Notes: generated from the letters alone by a model not told the origin. A DNA stretch of 63,475 nucleotides, filler included, from Globobulimina sp. (GCA_003354225.1; 34 parts of 34 records of this genome joined end to end with filler, not necessarily neighbours in it), one strand, 5' to 3'. Counted from the first letter of the whole stretch, positions 23,667 to 37,312 are shown. Made by a program: numbers and translations.

Positions 23667-24068
23667 ATGGGGAAAAAGTCGACACCATCCGGCGTCAAAG
23701 GACATAAGAATTATGATATAGATTATGATGTAGAGTATGAATATCACGATGAATGGAAAGGATTAGTATATGACAAAGAGGATGAGACAAAAATGAAAAA
23801 AGTAATGAGCACAACCATGCCAGCCCAGGCACAATTATTTGCATTAAAAAAAACATATTTATACTATACGCGATATTACGCAATGTTAAATAAAATGGAT
23901 GAAGTTCGAAGAGAGGCGGTTTTGGCAAATATTAATCAATCAATTGAAGATCCAATGAAATATAAAGATCGTTTTGTGTCCGGTTCAATGAATTTTGGTT
24001 TTCTTAATGCATCGTTGGGTATCGGTGCCATTGCTGGAATGATTTATGCATTACGATTTATCAGATAA
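23667..24068 (+). CDS. Small protein with C-terminal TM helix
   Basis: Complete 133-aa ORF with AAAATG start context and hydrophobic C-terminus. Confidence 0.65.
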   Translation: MGKKSTPSGVKGHKNYDIDYDVEYEYHDEWKGLVYDKEDETKMKKVMSTTMPAQAQLFALKKTYLYYTRYYAMLNKMDEVRREAVLANINQSIEDPMKYKDRFVSGSMNFGFLNASLGIGAIAGMIYALRFIR

Positions 24069-24619
24069 TCTCTCAACAAATATTTACATAAATGTGGACG
24101 TTATATGATGCATGTGACATAATTATGAACTAATCTCATTGTTTTGTGCGATATAATAATTCCTGCAATCATTATCCTTGCACTTTCACTCAACAAAAAA
24201 AAACTTTCATTCTATTAAAACCNNNNNNNNNNNNNNNNNNNNNNNNNNNNNNNNNNNNNNNNNNNNTTAATTAATTAANNNNNNNNNNNNNNNNNNNNNN
24301 NNNNNNNNNNNNNNNNNNNNNNCATTATTAAAACGAAACTGGCTACCAACAGTCTGCCAAGTTGTCCAGAATAATGTTCTGACGGTAGACTACAACCGAT
24401 GAACATGTATGAATTGAATGAATTGGATGATTACATAAAGGTCTCTATGAATTCTGGAAAAGCTGTTGTCTCGTTTGCGAATTGCGAGATTTCGGTTTCA
24501 AAAATCTTTTTTAAGTGAACTAGTAATCCTTTTTCCGTTACAGAAAATAGGCGGATTGTTAAAAGCTCTGTCTGTTGCTGGGTTTCTGTATTCATGTGAT
24601 ACAAACAGTGCACGTACAA

Positions 24620-25927
24620 ATGAATAACAATAATAATAATAATACAATACAACAAGAGGATGTATCAATTGATTTGATTTTATTCACATTATATTCTATA
24701 ATATTAACAATATTATTTGGAATATGGTGTCGAACAATATTTTTCTCCAATACACCACTATCCTCAGCAAAAATGATCAGAAACAAACTAAATTTAAAAA
24801 AAAGAATCACCAAATCGCGTTCAAATATGCGAACCACATTAAATGATATACAAAAATTAACAATAACCATATCCCCAAATCAGTGTGTAACGTCACCAAA
24901 ATTGCCCTCGCCGCCATCCCCAATCACACATAAAAAACATGCATTTAATACACCAATATCTCCCCAATCACATAATATGTCACAGATAACACCATTTCAG
25001 ACTGATGAAGTAAATATATTTATTCCGAGACCAAAAACATTGTTAAAAGCACAAACATCAAATAGCAATGTTACAGTCACCGAGACACACAATGATGAGC
25101 TAAATGACTTAGATGATATAATTGACATTGATAATGATAATAATATTGATATTATTGATAAACAGACAAAAACGAAAAAACAAAAACAAAAAAAACAAAT
25201 TAAATTGGAGCCTTCGTTGAAAATATTTGGTACAGCTTCCATATTTTTTGCAGTGTTATATTCATATTTAAGCTGCATCGAATTAGTACTAATTTATAAC
25301 AACACTTATTTGAAACAAATAAGTTTATCCAATATCTGTTATATTTGCTCCATTACAATAACACCAATGCTGTTTAATAGGTTATCTATTTATTTGTATT
25401 TAATATTCCGAATCTATTTTGTATTCCATTCATCCATTTACGGTGTATCGTCATTATTTATCTCAGCTTTAACTGCAGTTATAATACTTATATTTATTTC
25501 AACTTATGCTTTTTTCAATATTTATATCACTTTAATTGCCACACAGTGTAATATTAGCAATGTAAACATTGCTTTGATGCCTTCGCGTTTTTCCGATTTT
25601 GTTATTACTGTATCATTGACATTAGCATTTATTTATAAATTGAATAAATTGGTAAAAAGATGCAATAATAATAAAACTACAAAAGTAAAATACTTAATTA
25701 ATAAGTTGTTGATACTTTTAATTGTGTCCAGTTCGTGTTCACTATCATCGTATATTTTATTTATAGTTTATAGTAATAACAATAATACAAACTACTCATT
25801 ACAGGCAATTCTAAGATTTGATGTATTTATAAATACAATATGTTTGATGTTTAGTTTATCTTCGTTTGATAAATTATATCAATATTTGTGTTTTCCGTTG
25901 CGGATTATTTATGAATTTAAGAAATAA
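24620..25927 (+). CDS. 7-TM GPCR-like protein with a long first intracellular loop
   Basis: One TM helix, a long S/P/N-rich loop, then six TM helices; YLYLIFRIY and FIYKL patterns. Confidence 0.6.
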   Translation: MNNNNNNNTIQQEDVSIDLILFTLYSIILTILFGIWCRTIFFSNTPLSSAKMIRNKLNLKKRITKSRSNMRTTLNDIQKLTITISPNQCVTSPKLPSPPSPITHKKHAFNTPISPQSHNMSQITPFQTDEVNIFIPRPKTLLKAQTSNSNVTVTETHNDELNDLDDIIDIDNDNNIDIIDKQTKTKKQKQKKQIKLEPSLKIFGTASIFFAVLYSYLSCIELVLIYNNTYLKQISLSNICYICSITITPMLFNRLSIYLYLIFRIYFVFHSSIYGVSSLFISALTAVIILIFISTYAFFNIYITLIATQCNISNVNIALMPSRFSDFVITVSLTLAFIYKLNKLVKRCNNNKTTKVKYLINKLLILLIVSSSCSLSSYILFIVYSNNNNTNYSLQAILRFDVFINTICLMFSLSSFDKLYQYLCFPLRIIYEFKK

Positions 25928-26192
25928 ATATATATTTATTTGTATATGTATGTGTTTTTTATTTTAATTTTTTTTTTCGTTTTTTTTTTCAATGGGGGAC
26001 GGGTTTTATGATTAATATTTTTTCCGAATAATTGGTTGTTGAGTTATACTTTTTTTAATTTATTTTACTGTTTTTTTTGACAGAATATCTCANNNNNNNN
26101 NNNNNNNNNNNNNNNNNNNNNNNNNNNNNNNNNNNNTTAATTAATTAANNNNNNNNNNNNNNNNNNNNNNNNNNNNNNNNNNNNNNNNNNNN

Positions 26193-26828
26193 ACAGAAAC
26201 ACTCGCATTGATCATCGTCATCATGGACAGTATCATTTTTCTTGTTCCCTTCCGATTTATTACAGCATGGCGAAGCCACTGCAGTTACTTTGCTCTTTGG
26301 AGTAGATATAATTTTTTTTATTGCGTCGTCGTTGGAGGTCCGGAATGAGTCTGTTTTGTGTGCTTCTTCTAAGTCATTTGCTCCTTTTTCTTTTTCTTGT
26401 TTCTCCCTTTGTTGTCGCGAGGTTTTGCAGAAAAAGCGTCGTATCATCGGCCTGTCCTCCAAAGCACAAATTGATTGTAATTTGCCTGAGAGTACGCGAT
26501 CAGAGATGATTTTTTCGAACTTTTTCTGTAAGATTGGCAATTTCCAGTCATCGGTGTATATTTTGCCTTTGACGCGAGATTGTTTGTTCTTTGATCCATC
26601 AGCAATTTCATTGATGATTAAGTCTCTGATTTGTTGTAGCTCGCAATCGACTGAGTCGCGGATGGCGGTTTGTAAGTGCTGGTCTGTGGATAGTATGTCT
26701 TGCGATAAAGTCACCATAAAATCAAAGGTGACATATTGTTCGATATTTGCATGTTCGTCGAGAGTTTGCTGCTGTCCACCTAATTTCGCATAGGTTGTCT
26801 TTTCGTCTTTACGTTCGTAGGATGCCAT
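26193..26828 (-). CDS. Hypothetical protein (3' partial)
   Basis: ATG-initiated ORF running into the gap. Confidence 0.55.
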
Positions 26829-27139
26829 TATAATGTCGAGAATTGTATATATTCTACGATATGGTTGGTGTAGGAATTATTTTCAGTTGCGATGATTTCA
26901 ACTAAAAACGATTTTTGGCCTTTTTCATCAACAAAATTGAAGAAAAAAGCATTTTTCTCTTGCTTTATTTTTGCATGCGAAGCATCCTTGCACTTTATTG
27001 ATTGCATAACCTATTGATATGTCTCTGGTCTTTTTGAGACCTGATAATAGATTGCAATCTTCATTTGTAGCAAATAATTTTATGCAAAAGTTAACTCTTT
27101 GTCATCCATGAAATAGCATATTGTATTACCTCTGAAATA

Positions 27140-27802
27140 ACACATTGCCAAAGTCAATATCGACAGTCGAATGGTTTCGAGCCGATAAAACCAAGAAGAG
27201 GCCGTAGGAAACGCAAATTGGAAGAGACTGATATTGAAGATCCAGTTATCAGTGATGATGAACAAAAAACAGACGATCATTCATCAGACTTTAACTTAAA
27301 ATTTATTAAACCATCAAATAAGCGAAGAAGAACAAATCAAATGAATGCATCAAATGATAACAATAATAATTCTGTCATTGTTCAACCAGAGTTAGAAGCA
27401 AATATTTATACCAATCAATTGAACGAATTGATAAAAAATGAAAATAGCAATGATAATAACACTGATGTGGAGGATCGGAGTCTTTCACCATATTCACATT
27501 TAATTCATCCGTATTTACGGAATAAAAATAAAAACAAAAATAAAAAAACACCACCGGAATCACCATTAAATTTGAATGGTTTTAAAATGAAAAATAAAGA
27601 GAATGAAAGTGTGAATGATTGGAGACTGTCAATACAATCGCAATTAAACAAAGCAAGGACTCAATCAGCAAACATTCAATCGCAAGAATTGTGTGAACGG
27701 ATTAATGCTACCTCGGGTTTAGGGAGAGATGTTTTAATGGCCAAATTACGGAAAGAATTACCAAACCACATATTTACGAAAATCAATCAGGATTTGCCAT
27801 GA
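27140..27802 (+). CDS. Hypothetical low-complexity protein (start uncertain)
   Basis: ORF 27218-27802, N/D/K-rich; likely extends upstream. Confidence 0.45.
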   Translation, partial: THCQSQYRQSNGFEPIKPRRGRRKRKLEETDIEDPVISDDEQKTDDHSSDFNLKFIKPSNKRRRTNQMNASNDNNNNSVIVQPELEANIYTNQLNELIKNENSNDNNTDVEDRSLSPYSHLIHPYLRNKNKNKNKKTPPESPLNLNGFKMKNKENESVNDWRLSIQSQLNKARTQSANIQSQELCERINATSGLGRDVLMAKLRKELPNHIFTKINQDLP

Positions 27803-28062
27803 TTTATATACGAAAAAACGATCAGAAGGAATCTACATTGTTTTACTTTATATTCTATATTTTTTTTCCTTATTATCCTATATAGTTCTGTTCAATTTTG
27901 GCTTTTTTACTTTGTTGCCTGCCTTGAAGCTCTAATACAAAAGACCTTATTTATTGTATTATNNNNNNNNNNNNNNNNNNNNNNNNNNNNNNNNNNNNNN
28001 NNNNNNTTAATTAATTAANNNNNNNNNNNNNNNNNNNNNNNNNNNNNNNNNNNNNNNNNNNN

Positions 28063-29663
28063 ATCAAAACAACCAAAAACAAAACAAAAACGAACCTTGG
28101 TTTCGCCAGAACTTGTTCATAATCCACATCAATGGCCATTTCATCGTCATGTATACTCTCTGATTGATCTCTTTCATGCGCATAATCGCCATAGGCAGAA
28201 TCTAATGACACCGGCGGTTGAAGTGGATCCATCGGAGGCGGCGGTAATGGCAACAATGGTGGCAATGGGAGTGGTGGCAACATGGGATGTATTGGCGGCG
28301 GTGGAGGTGGCGGCGGAGGACTTAATTCTTCCTGTTCCCCTTCAAATTTCTGTGACGGGCCGGTATGATGCTGCGGTACATAACTTACAAACTGTTTTTC
28401 CACGGCAGCCGCCTATTTAAATTATAATGCAATATACATGGTCATGAGCAAGAGTAGTAAGTATATAGTTAACCTGTGTCGGTATGGAAGGTTTGGATTG
28501 CAACGATAATACGACCTCAATCTCTGTAGGATCTATCATTACACTCCGGGTTTGATGGGTTATTGACGCAGTGGTATCCAGTTTCAATTCTGTTTGAATT
28601 TTATTCATCAAATCGTTACTTTGTTGCTGCTTTGTCAGTGCAGGAGGAGCAAATGCTAAATGCGGTATTTCTTCATCTGCAGAATTCGACATTGTGTTAT
28701 TATTATAATTGTCAATGCTCGCTGCATTGCTTTCAGATGGCGCATTTTGCTGTGATTCATAAACAATCGGTTTCATATCGGATATAGTAAATAATCCGAC
28801 CGGATGTACATGTTCGTTTTCCATGGCACTGATTGAAAATGATGGAATCTTGAGATGTTCTGTAAATGTTTTTTTTTCAGAAACGATTGTTTTTATATCG
28901 GATTTGTTGGGTATAAACATATAAAATTAATAACTAAACTATGCTGTTTTGATTTTTCCACATAATTTTCCCAATTTTTTAAACGTATGGCTTGTGCAGA
29001 TAATGGTCGATAATTAATGTCAAACTGGTCTTGATTTTCATCCGTTTGCTGCTGTTTTTCATCCGATCCAGGCGTATCTACACATGGTAGCTCATGCATT
29101 TTTTCTTCATTATCTTCCGGTATCGCGTCATATTTCGCCATTTCAATATCACATTTGCCAATTTTATTGCCAGCAAATTGCAAACTCGAAGCATCCGCCA
29201 CTTTATCTCTACGTCTTCAATAAATATATTTGTAGTTACAAAAGTATTATATAATATTACTAAACTTATATTGGAACAATCCTTGCTTTTCATCATCACA
29301 GTGAGCCTCCTCCGCAATCTCTGACATTTCAGGGTGATATCCCAAATCTTGTACAGGTGGATGCTCAAAAGAAGTGGAACTACGCGATGTCATTGGCAAA
29401 TAACCATTGGTATGCTGCTTTTTGACGGGATACACGTCGATATTTGCGTTATGGAGTTCCCCTCGACGGCTTCCACCGCCTCCAGTGGGCAGCCACGGCA
29501 TAGTACCCGTCCCATCATAACAGGACACCGGATGAGCACCGGACATGTCATAAACATCCACGATTCGGTCTGCTTTGGTGCCACATAACAAATCTATATT
29601 TTGTACAATTTCAGCGAGATGTTTGCTGATATGAACTGCACCGACATTATATATCTCAGACAC
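28063..29663 (-). CDS. Multi-exon hypothetical protein with polyproline stretch (partial)
   Basis: Successive minus-strand ORFs separated by intron-like AT-rich gaps; PPPPPPPP tract near 28200-28320. Confidence 0.5.
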
Positions 29664-29932
29664 TGCCTACAGTGCAGAAAATATATCGGGTTTACAATAT
29701 TAAATAACAAAATTATATATTTATATAGTTATGTAAATTAACTTGAGCTAATTGTTCATTTTGCACATAAGAAGAAAAGTGATGTTCTACTCTTTCTATG
29801 GTGTCTTCATCGGAACGGACAATAAATCGCATNNNNNNNNNNNNNNNNNNNNNNNNNNNNNNNNNNNNNNNNNNNNTTAATTAATTAANNNNNNNNNNNN
29901 NNNNNNNNNNNNNNNNNNNNNNNNNNNNNNNN

Positions 29933-31318
29933 CACTACAATTTGATGGTAACTGGCAGTTAGAAGCTTTTCCTCCAACCATCAAATTAAAAGTTTTATAC
30001 AAAAACTATGCTCTCTTTTTTGGCTGACTAAAGTGTAGCGAGCATAGGTTCGCATGACTCGGTTCGATGCTGTCTGGTCGTTCATCCTTATTTTGTGGAG
30101 TCACGATGGTTAAATGTTGCCCGACATCATGTTTATGTCTGTTTATTTCATGAAATATTGTTGAATCTTGATCAAATTCATCCGATAATAAACTATCTAT
30201 TTTATCCAATTCCTCCTTATCTGTTTGCTTATTTTTATATTTATTAATTTCATCCAAATACCATTGCTTCCTTTGCAATAACTTAGCATTTAATTGTTGC
30301 TCCACTTTATCAATTTGTTGTAAATGCGAGCTACTCTCCATTTCATTATCTCTGCTTTTCGCTTTTATAATATATTCGGGAACGCTACCATCAGTCCCTT
30401 GGGCTTTATCCATTTCCTCCTTATTTGGGACATGCCAATAATTAAAATAGTCACTGCTATCAACATATTCCTCTGTACTCCAGCTGGTATTCCTTGCCTT
30501 CTCTCTTATTTTCAACAATTCGATTGGTTCAACCTCTCTATATTCAGTCAATTCAATTGGACTGATCCTTGACTGCGATGAGTTGAGTGTGCCGTCCAAC
30601 TGCGATAAAATATCAATCGATTTCCAATTATTTGGCTGAAACGGATTTAAATAGTTATCAATCCGTTGTATTTCGCATAACTTTGGATCACTGATACACT
30701 CATTTTTCAAGTATTTAATTAATTCTTTCACTGTAAAATCATTGGGAATCCATAATGTATTTCGCGAGCCGATATCTCGCGAATATCCTAATATGTCATC
30801 GACAATAATCAATTGATATAAATGTAAATATGAGGTACTTTGCGATATTTCAATGGCATAATTGTGCATTCTCTCCATTGCGGCCTAGGTTTAATATGTG
30901 TTTTTTGTGTTTTTTATAAATTTTATTATAGAAAATTATAGAAATTATTAACTTTAGATGCATGGTTATATGATGAAACTGTAATGCCTAGACATTGTAG
31001 TTTTGATTGAACAATTTGTGACAAAGAATTTACGTTTTGTGCAAACTCAATCGATGTTTGTTGGACTCTCGGGATTGGATATCTGGGAGGTCCCCATGGC
31101 GATGCTGTTAACGTTCTGGTTTTGGATGTATCAATTCTTGGTTTATCGCCACGGGGTAATCCTGGTTTGGATGTACGTAATTTACGTTTTCGTCCCCTAT
31201 AAACTCCGCGTTTTGCAAAATTACGAGTGGATATGGTGTGCAATTTTAATGTATTTTTGTAGCTAGGAGTAAAATGCATTTTGTTCAATGCTATCGCTGA
31301 CATGCTGTTTTTAGTCAT
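29933..31318 (-). CDS. Hypothetical protein, probably mitochondrial (multi-exon)
   Basis: Transit-peptide-like start (..RNFAKR); ORFs 30926-31318 and 30006-30878 are joinable through an intron near 30885-30952. Confidence 0.55.
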
Positions 31319-31434
31319 GCAAGAAAAACTTTATTTGTTGGTCAAGGAAAGACGCTGTTTGATTTTCAAAAGATCAATAAGATCGAGGAGTAAATTAAAA
31401 AAACAAACAAAAGTATTGAACAAGGATTGTAGAG

Positions 31435-31702
31435 TTAGATCATAGGCTTAAAAATAGAACTTCTTCTTCTCCGATCATCAAAGCCATCTTTTAATTTTAA
31501 TTTTGGTGATTTTGTCATAATAGCTTCCATGTCGATATTTGGATGTTCGTATTTTTCATTTGTTATTGTTTTCATTACAGAGTCGACCCATTGTTTATCG
31601 TAAAATGGTTTTCTTTTATTTTCTACATTTCCACGAATCATATTTGTATTCATTTTATTAACATTTGATTTAATTTCAGCATTTTCATTCATACCATTTA
31701 TA
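31435..31702 (-). CDS. 3' end of a hypothetical protein
   Basis: Open frame from the contig edge to the stop at 31435. Confidence 0.4.
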
Positions 31703-31802
31703 NNNNNNNNNNNNNNNNNNNNNNNNNNNNNNNNNNNNNNNNNNNNTTAATTAATTAANNNNNNNNNNNNNNNNNNNNNNNNNNNNNNNNNNNNNNNNNN
31801 NN

Positions 31803-32930
31803 TCCAAATGAGTCTACGTCTCCAATATCATATAGCAGCAAAACATGGGATTGCCGGCATGCTAATTTTATAATTTTTATTGTTTGATGTTGTTTGAATT
31901 TTAACTGCCACGGAGCTGCAGATACATTTAACATATTTTTGGGATATAATGACTCACCAAACCCCCAAATGTAAACTCTTCCATCTGTAGTCACAGCGCA
32001 ACTGAACGTCGCGCCACACTTTATTTCTTCAATTCGTTCCCCAGATAATGACAATAATGAACGTGGTCTAATAACATCCATATTGGACGCAGCTTCATCA
32101 CCAAATCCTAACTGTTGATGTTGATTCGAACCAAACATTAATATTCGATGATTGTCAGTTAATATCGCGGTGTGTCGGTCGCCGCAATCGATGGCCACTG
32201 CTGTGCCATGTTTTGCGTCCAATTTTAGTTCCATCGGAAATCTTTGATCCATTCGATTACCAATACCTAATTGACCATATTTATTATTCCCCCAACACCA
32301 AATTGAATATATTGATGATAATATAAAACAAAAAGAAGCTCCGCAGGATATGGACTTTACAGAGATTTTATTAAAACGCAATATATCTACAACTGTCGGA
32401 GTTTGCAACATTTGGTATTTACGGTCTAAGTTTCCTGTTTGACCGAATCTAGAATCACCCCATGTATATAACTCACCATCTCCTGATATGATTGCACTGT
32501 GAAAGCCGCCGCACGACACACGGACCACTGGAAAAGGAAAATCTATGCGTTTCGGAGTTTGGGATAGTTTCTCTTGTAACACTTTCTTTTCTTTACGACC
32601 TAATTGTCCATGATACCCAGCACCAAATGTATATACAGCGGCGCCGCCTGGATACAAATCATTCGCATCTTTTTCATATTTTGTATCAGGTTCTGTTGCG
32701 TCTTTATCTTTAAATGTAAATGAAGTGTGTCTGCCAGAACTGGTACTTCTTTTATTCGCGATGTCTTTTCGAGGCGAAAGTAGTTTATGACCAGCAATTG
32801 GATTGAAATTTTGCAAGGAGTCGTAAATTAATTTCCTACCATGAAAATCAAGTGATACGGCAGTGCTCTTCCATTCATTCGGTTGAACCAACATATCATT
32901 TGTGTCAGATGTGAGATCAAATCTTTTCAT
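31803..32930 (-). CDS. RCC1/BLIP-II repeat protein (3' partial)
   Basis: Repeated VYTFGAGYHGQLG, VSCGGFHS, LYTWGDSRFGQTG, WGNNKYGQLG and IDCGDRHT motifs. Confidence 0.9.
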
Positions 32931-33212
32931 TTTATTAATATAAGAAATTTACGTTACATGAATAAGACGTCAAATCATAATTTAATATAAGATCGAGCTT
33001 GTAAAATATAATATTAATTTTAAAATTATATTATCGCAATTTGCTATTTATTTTCAGCATATACATATATTGAATTACAAACTGACAGCCATAGTCACAA
33101 TGAATTAGTTATTGGTTTTTTGGTGGCTTCTCGTTCGGATAACCAGGGGGATGGGGAGTGGGTTGTCCTTTGGAATATATCGTTTAGACCTACTAGTAGT
33201 ACTGATAGTAGA

Positions 33213-33572
33213 ATGGCTTTTTTCTTGTTGGAAACTTCCAAAATTGTGATTGATGGGTTTTTGCGGCGAATTCAAGATTTATTATCGAACCAAATTATCC
33301 CAATTTCTATCAATCAACTTTGTGTTGAATTTCTTTTTGAAACAGTATGCATGTTCCATTACTTCCATGTTTAAAAGTCATTGAGTCAATTAAACAAAAA
33401 TAAAGGCAATGTTTGATCCAATCACATGCAGCAAAAATATTAACATTGAAGATCGCAAAATTACAAAACAAAATATTGATGGCTATACCACCACTTATTC
33501 AAACAATTGGATTGATTCAACAATACCTTATATTTTTAGATGGGAATTTAAAATAAATCAAAAAAGGGGTGC
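33213..33572 (+). CDS. SPRY/B30.2-like protein N-terminus (intron about 33345-33405, 3' partial)
   Basis: IVIDGFLR..QIIPISINQLCVEF, then FD..CS..I.I....I......YTT.Y.N.WI......RWEFKI. Confidence 0.5.
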
Positions 33573-33672
33573 NNNNNNNNNNNNNNNNNNNNNNNNNNNN
33601 NNNNNNNNNNNNNNNNTTAATTAATTAANNNNNNNNNNNNNNNNNNNNNNNNNNNNNNNNNNNNNNNNNNNN

Positions 33673-34201
33673 TAAACATGGTTGCTTCAAATGGTGCGTC
33701 TGTCCAATTTAATTGTGAATAAACAATAACATCAAAACCAAACGCCAATATCAATGTGAATGTTGCATAAATAATACTAAATATTGTTGATTCTATCATT
33801 GATCTAGTAAATGGGACCATGTTTGAACACAAAATTAAATCAAATGTATTCAAAGCTGCTGATATTCCATGTGTATGAATAGATATTACCAAATTAGGTG
33901 GATTACGAATGAATGCCCAGTATGATATTACAACAGTAACTGATAATACACAACTTATATCTTGTAATGTTATCAACACATTGTAAGCGGATTTGTTATT
34001 TTTCCAACCACTCATCAAAATCAATCCGAATACAAAATACAACGCAGTCAGCATCAACGACCAATGAGTTAATTCTTGATAATTCCAGTCATCGAAAATT
34101 TTAACAATAACAATTCCCACCACATAAACACTAGCAAACGCCCTCCAACACAGAAATAACTTGTTTGATAATATCCAGCTTTGAAATAGGTCAGCCGTCA
34201 T
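33673..34201 (-). CDS. FAR-17a/AIG1 (Rolling stone-like) membrane protein (3' partial)
   Basis: FQSW, ELTHWS, VVISYW, SIHTHG, IYATFT and VYSQLNW motifs across multiple TM helices. Confidence 0.7.
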
Positions 34202-34272
34202 TGTGTCAGCAAAAGAAGCATTTAATTTTGATGAATTTTGCAACAGTTTTTACTCACTTACTAACTCACAAC

Positions 34273-35442
34273 ATGTCCCACTCAGTGACAATCAAAAAAG
34301 CATGGAACAGTTACATTGATAAATATCAAAAAGAACCATCCGATGCGCAACATTTCTTCCAAGAAGCTCTCAATTACGCTCAAAAAAACGGCCATGAAAA
34401 TATCCCATTTCTGAGTTGCCAAAAAGTATATAACGCAAATAAAGGCATTGGTAAAATACCATCGTCACATATGGTCAATATGCCATCAGCAGAAGACATC
34501 GATACTATATTAGATGAAATAGAACAACACGAACAAAAGACAACGCATCCAAGCGATGAATCAGTATCTAAGCTAAAGGATCGTCTCAAAGACAAATGCT
34601 ATTTGTTTTATTGTCCATCTATGCAAGAAATAGCAATGGAAATCCAGCAAAAATCAAATGGCAAAATATTACTTGGCGAGATAGATTGGCAGAACTTCAA
34701 GGATGATTTCCCCAATTTAATGATAAACAAAGCATTTAATCTCAGATATGCCGATGTTGTTTTTTTAGCGGATTTATCTGATCCAAAAAATATATTTGAG
34801 CAATATGCGTTGATGTGTGCCTTCCCGCGTTATTTAGCAAAATCTGTCAAAATATTTGTAGCGTATTTCCCAACTGGTACTCACTTTTTATATCTTAATT
34901 TTGTGTCTTTTATGGGTATAAATGTATGAATAGGCACTATGGAAAGAGTGGAGGAGTATGGCCGAGTCGCGACAGCTAAAACATTGGCACGTTTGCTGTC
35001 TACCATTCCGACTGCAACTCATGGACCGGTCCAAATATGTATCTGTGATATCGATACTTTACAGAATCAATTTTATTTTAGCGATCATATATTGATTAGG
35101 TTGGAGACTTGTACTGGTTTAATAGCGCAGGAACTGCAGAAAATGAAGGTTTGTTCGGTAGCGTTTCCGGATGAAGGCGCACAAAAACGCTTTGGAAAGA
35201 TTTTCGAAAAATATCCGCAAATTATTTGTACTAAAATAAGGGATGGGGATAAACGAATTGTACAGTTAAAAGAGGGGCGAGTTAAAGGTAGGAATGTAAT
35301 AATTATTGATGATTTAGTGCAGACAGGAGGCACTTTGGCGGATTGTGGGGAGTTGATGAGAGGTAATGGATGTCGGTCGGTGTCATGTTTTCGTACACAT
35401 TCTGTGTTTCCAAAGGAATCATGGCGAACGTTTTGTAAAAGT
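34273..35442 (+). CDS. Ribose-phosphate pyrophosphokinase, class II (PRS3/4-like); intron 34877-34933; 3' partial
   Basis: YFPTG|TMERVEEYGRVATAKTLAR, VAFPDEGAQKRF, CTKIRDGDKRIV and VIIIDDLVQTGGTL (PRT motif). Confidence 0.92.
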
Positions 35443-35542
35443 NNNNNNNNNNNNNNNNNNNNNNNNNNNNNNNNNNNNNNNNNNNNTTAATTAATTAANN
35501 NNNNNNNNNNNNNNNNNNNNNNNNNNNNNNNNNNNNNNNNNN

Positions 35543-36799
35543 CGACCGCCAAATATCTGCACAGCTTCTCTTGCACAAAACTCCATATTCTTACTACATT
35601 GTACTTTCGCCATTGCAATAATACCAGCCAACTGTTTCTCTGTGCAGCCCATTTTGGTCATATATGCAATATTTTCCAACAAAGCATGCGCTGTTTCTAC
35701 TCTCCCAATCATTCCGATTATTTTATGTCTGATCACTTGATTACAAATCAATGGCTTACCAAAAGTTTGTCGCTTCCGTGCCCATTTTATTGACTCTTCA
35801 ATACATATTCGCGAATATCTATTACTATGCGTGGCCATCATAAATCTTTCATGATTAAAATTATTCATCACCACACTCCAACCTTTGTTCTCCTCACTTA
35901 TCAAATTACTTTTTGGTACGCGCACATTCTTAAATGTCACATACGCCGTATTACTACTCCACCATCCTTGCGTTTTCATGCGAGAACAATAAATGCCTTC
36001 CATTCCTCTTTCAATCTGAACAAACGTACAACAAATTGAATTATTTCTGATCAATACCATGTAAAGCAACAATTAACAAACCAATATCATGGACATTGAA
36101 TCATGCGATTTGTTTGAAAAATTTGTCCTGACTGCAGTACTGAAAAAATCAGCTCTCATTCCACTGGTTCTATGTCATATATATACCCATGGCCCAATAT
36201 TTTGTGTGTAACAAATTGCAAATCAAATGTAAACTTAACATGAAATATTTTTCACCATTTACAATATAATAATTTGGATCGTTTGGATCAGTGATGGCAG
36301 TTGTTTTTATATTGGACACATCAGAGCCTCCGGATGGTTCTGTAACTGCTAAACAAATAATTTTATCACCGCGAATGCATTGTGGTGCAATTCTGTTACG
36401 TAAGCTTGTGTTGATAGAGGAAGCGGACATGATTGGACCAAGACCAATTTGCAATGAAATGAATAAGGCAGCAACTAATCCGCCATTGGCACATCTTGCT
36501 ATTTCATCGTGGAATATAAACCAATGGAAATAATCCCATTCTGGAAATGTTTGTCCACCATATTTAATTGGATAATGTGGTGAGTAAACACCGTATTTGT
36601 AAGCTAGTTTGTGGAGCGTTATTGGATATGACTTTTGTTCATCCCATTTTGATGCATATGGAATTAGTTCTGTGTCTACAAAGTTTCTTATTTTTTTACG
36701 GAATTTGAAGTGTGATTTTGTGTAGTATGGGGATGGGAACTTGGTGTAGTATGGATCTGCATATGGTATATCTTCCGGAGCTTTGTTTGAGGTTGACAT
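35543..36799 (-). CDS. Acyl-CoA dehydrogenase (multi-exon, 3' partial)
   Basis: CLAVTEPSGGSDV, YIVNGEKYF, FNHERF, RQTFGKPL..QVIRHK and AREAVQIFGG. Confidence 0.92.
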
Positions 36800-36869
36800 T
36801 GTTGGCAAGGTTTCAGCTTTTTTCGGTGGGTCACAGTAAAAGCATTTTCGCATTAAATAATTGTTATAA

Positions 36870-37312
36870 TTATTCCAATGGATTTGAATTATTTTCTTCA
36901 CAAAAGAGTGATGGTAATTGTAAGAGATCTCTATTATCATTAGTATGATTGTTATTATTATTAGCATTTTGTGTGTAATTCCGACATAAATCAATTGGAT
37001 CAGAATTAGTGTTTTTTGTACGATTCATAGAGGGATTAAAAAATGTCACTTTATTCCTATTTTCCTCAACATTCAATTGCATTGTTTCAATCAATGGTTT
37101 TACTTTTTTATGATACCTACTTTTTAATTCCTTCGATGTCCAATTTGGTAGTAAGTGCATTGATATTTTTGCCCATGAATGCGGTCCATATGTTTGTACG
37201 CCCTGAGCTAACAAACTTAATTCGATATCATTCATCGCCTTTGATGGAGGTCGCAACTTATAATCATATCTCAACTCATGATTTAATGTCCTGATTTTAG
37301 CAATTTCCTTTT
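36870..37312 (-). CDS. Myb/SANT-domain protein C-terminus
   Basis: ELSLLAQGVQTYGPHSWAKISMHLLPNWTSKELKSRY matches a Myb repeat. Confidence 0.7.

Noticed and set aside
36800-36994. Apparent hydrophobic N-terminal extension of acyl-CoA dehydrogenase
   Set aside because: Overlaps the 3' end of the upstream Myb gene in another frame; ATG at 36799 is the more plausible start.
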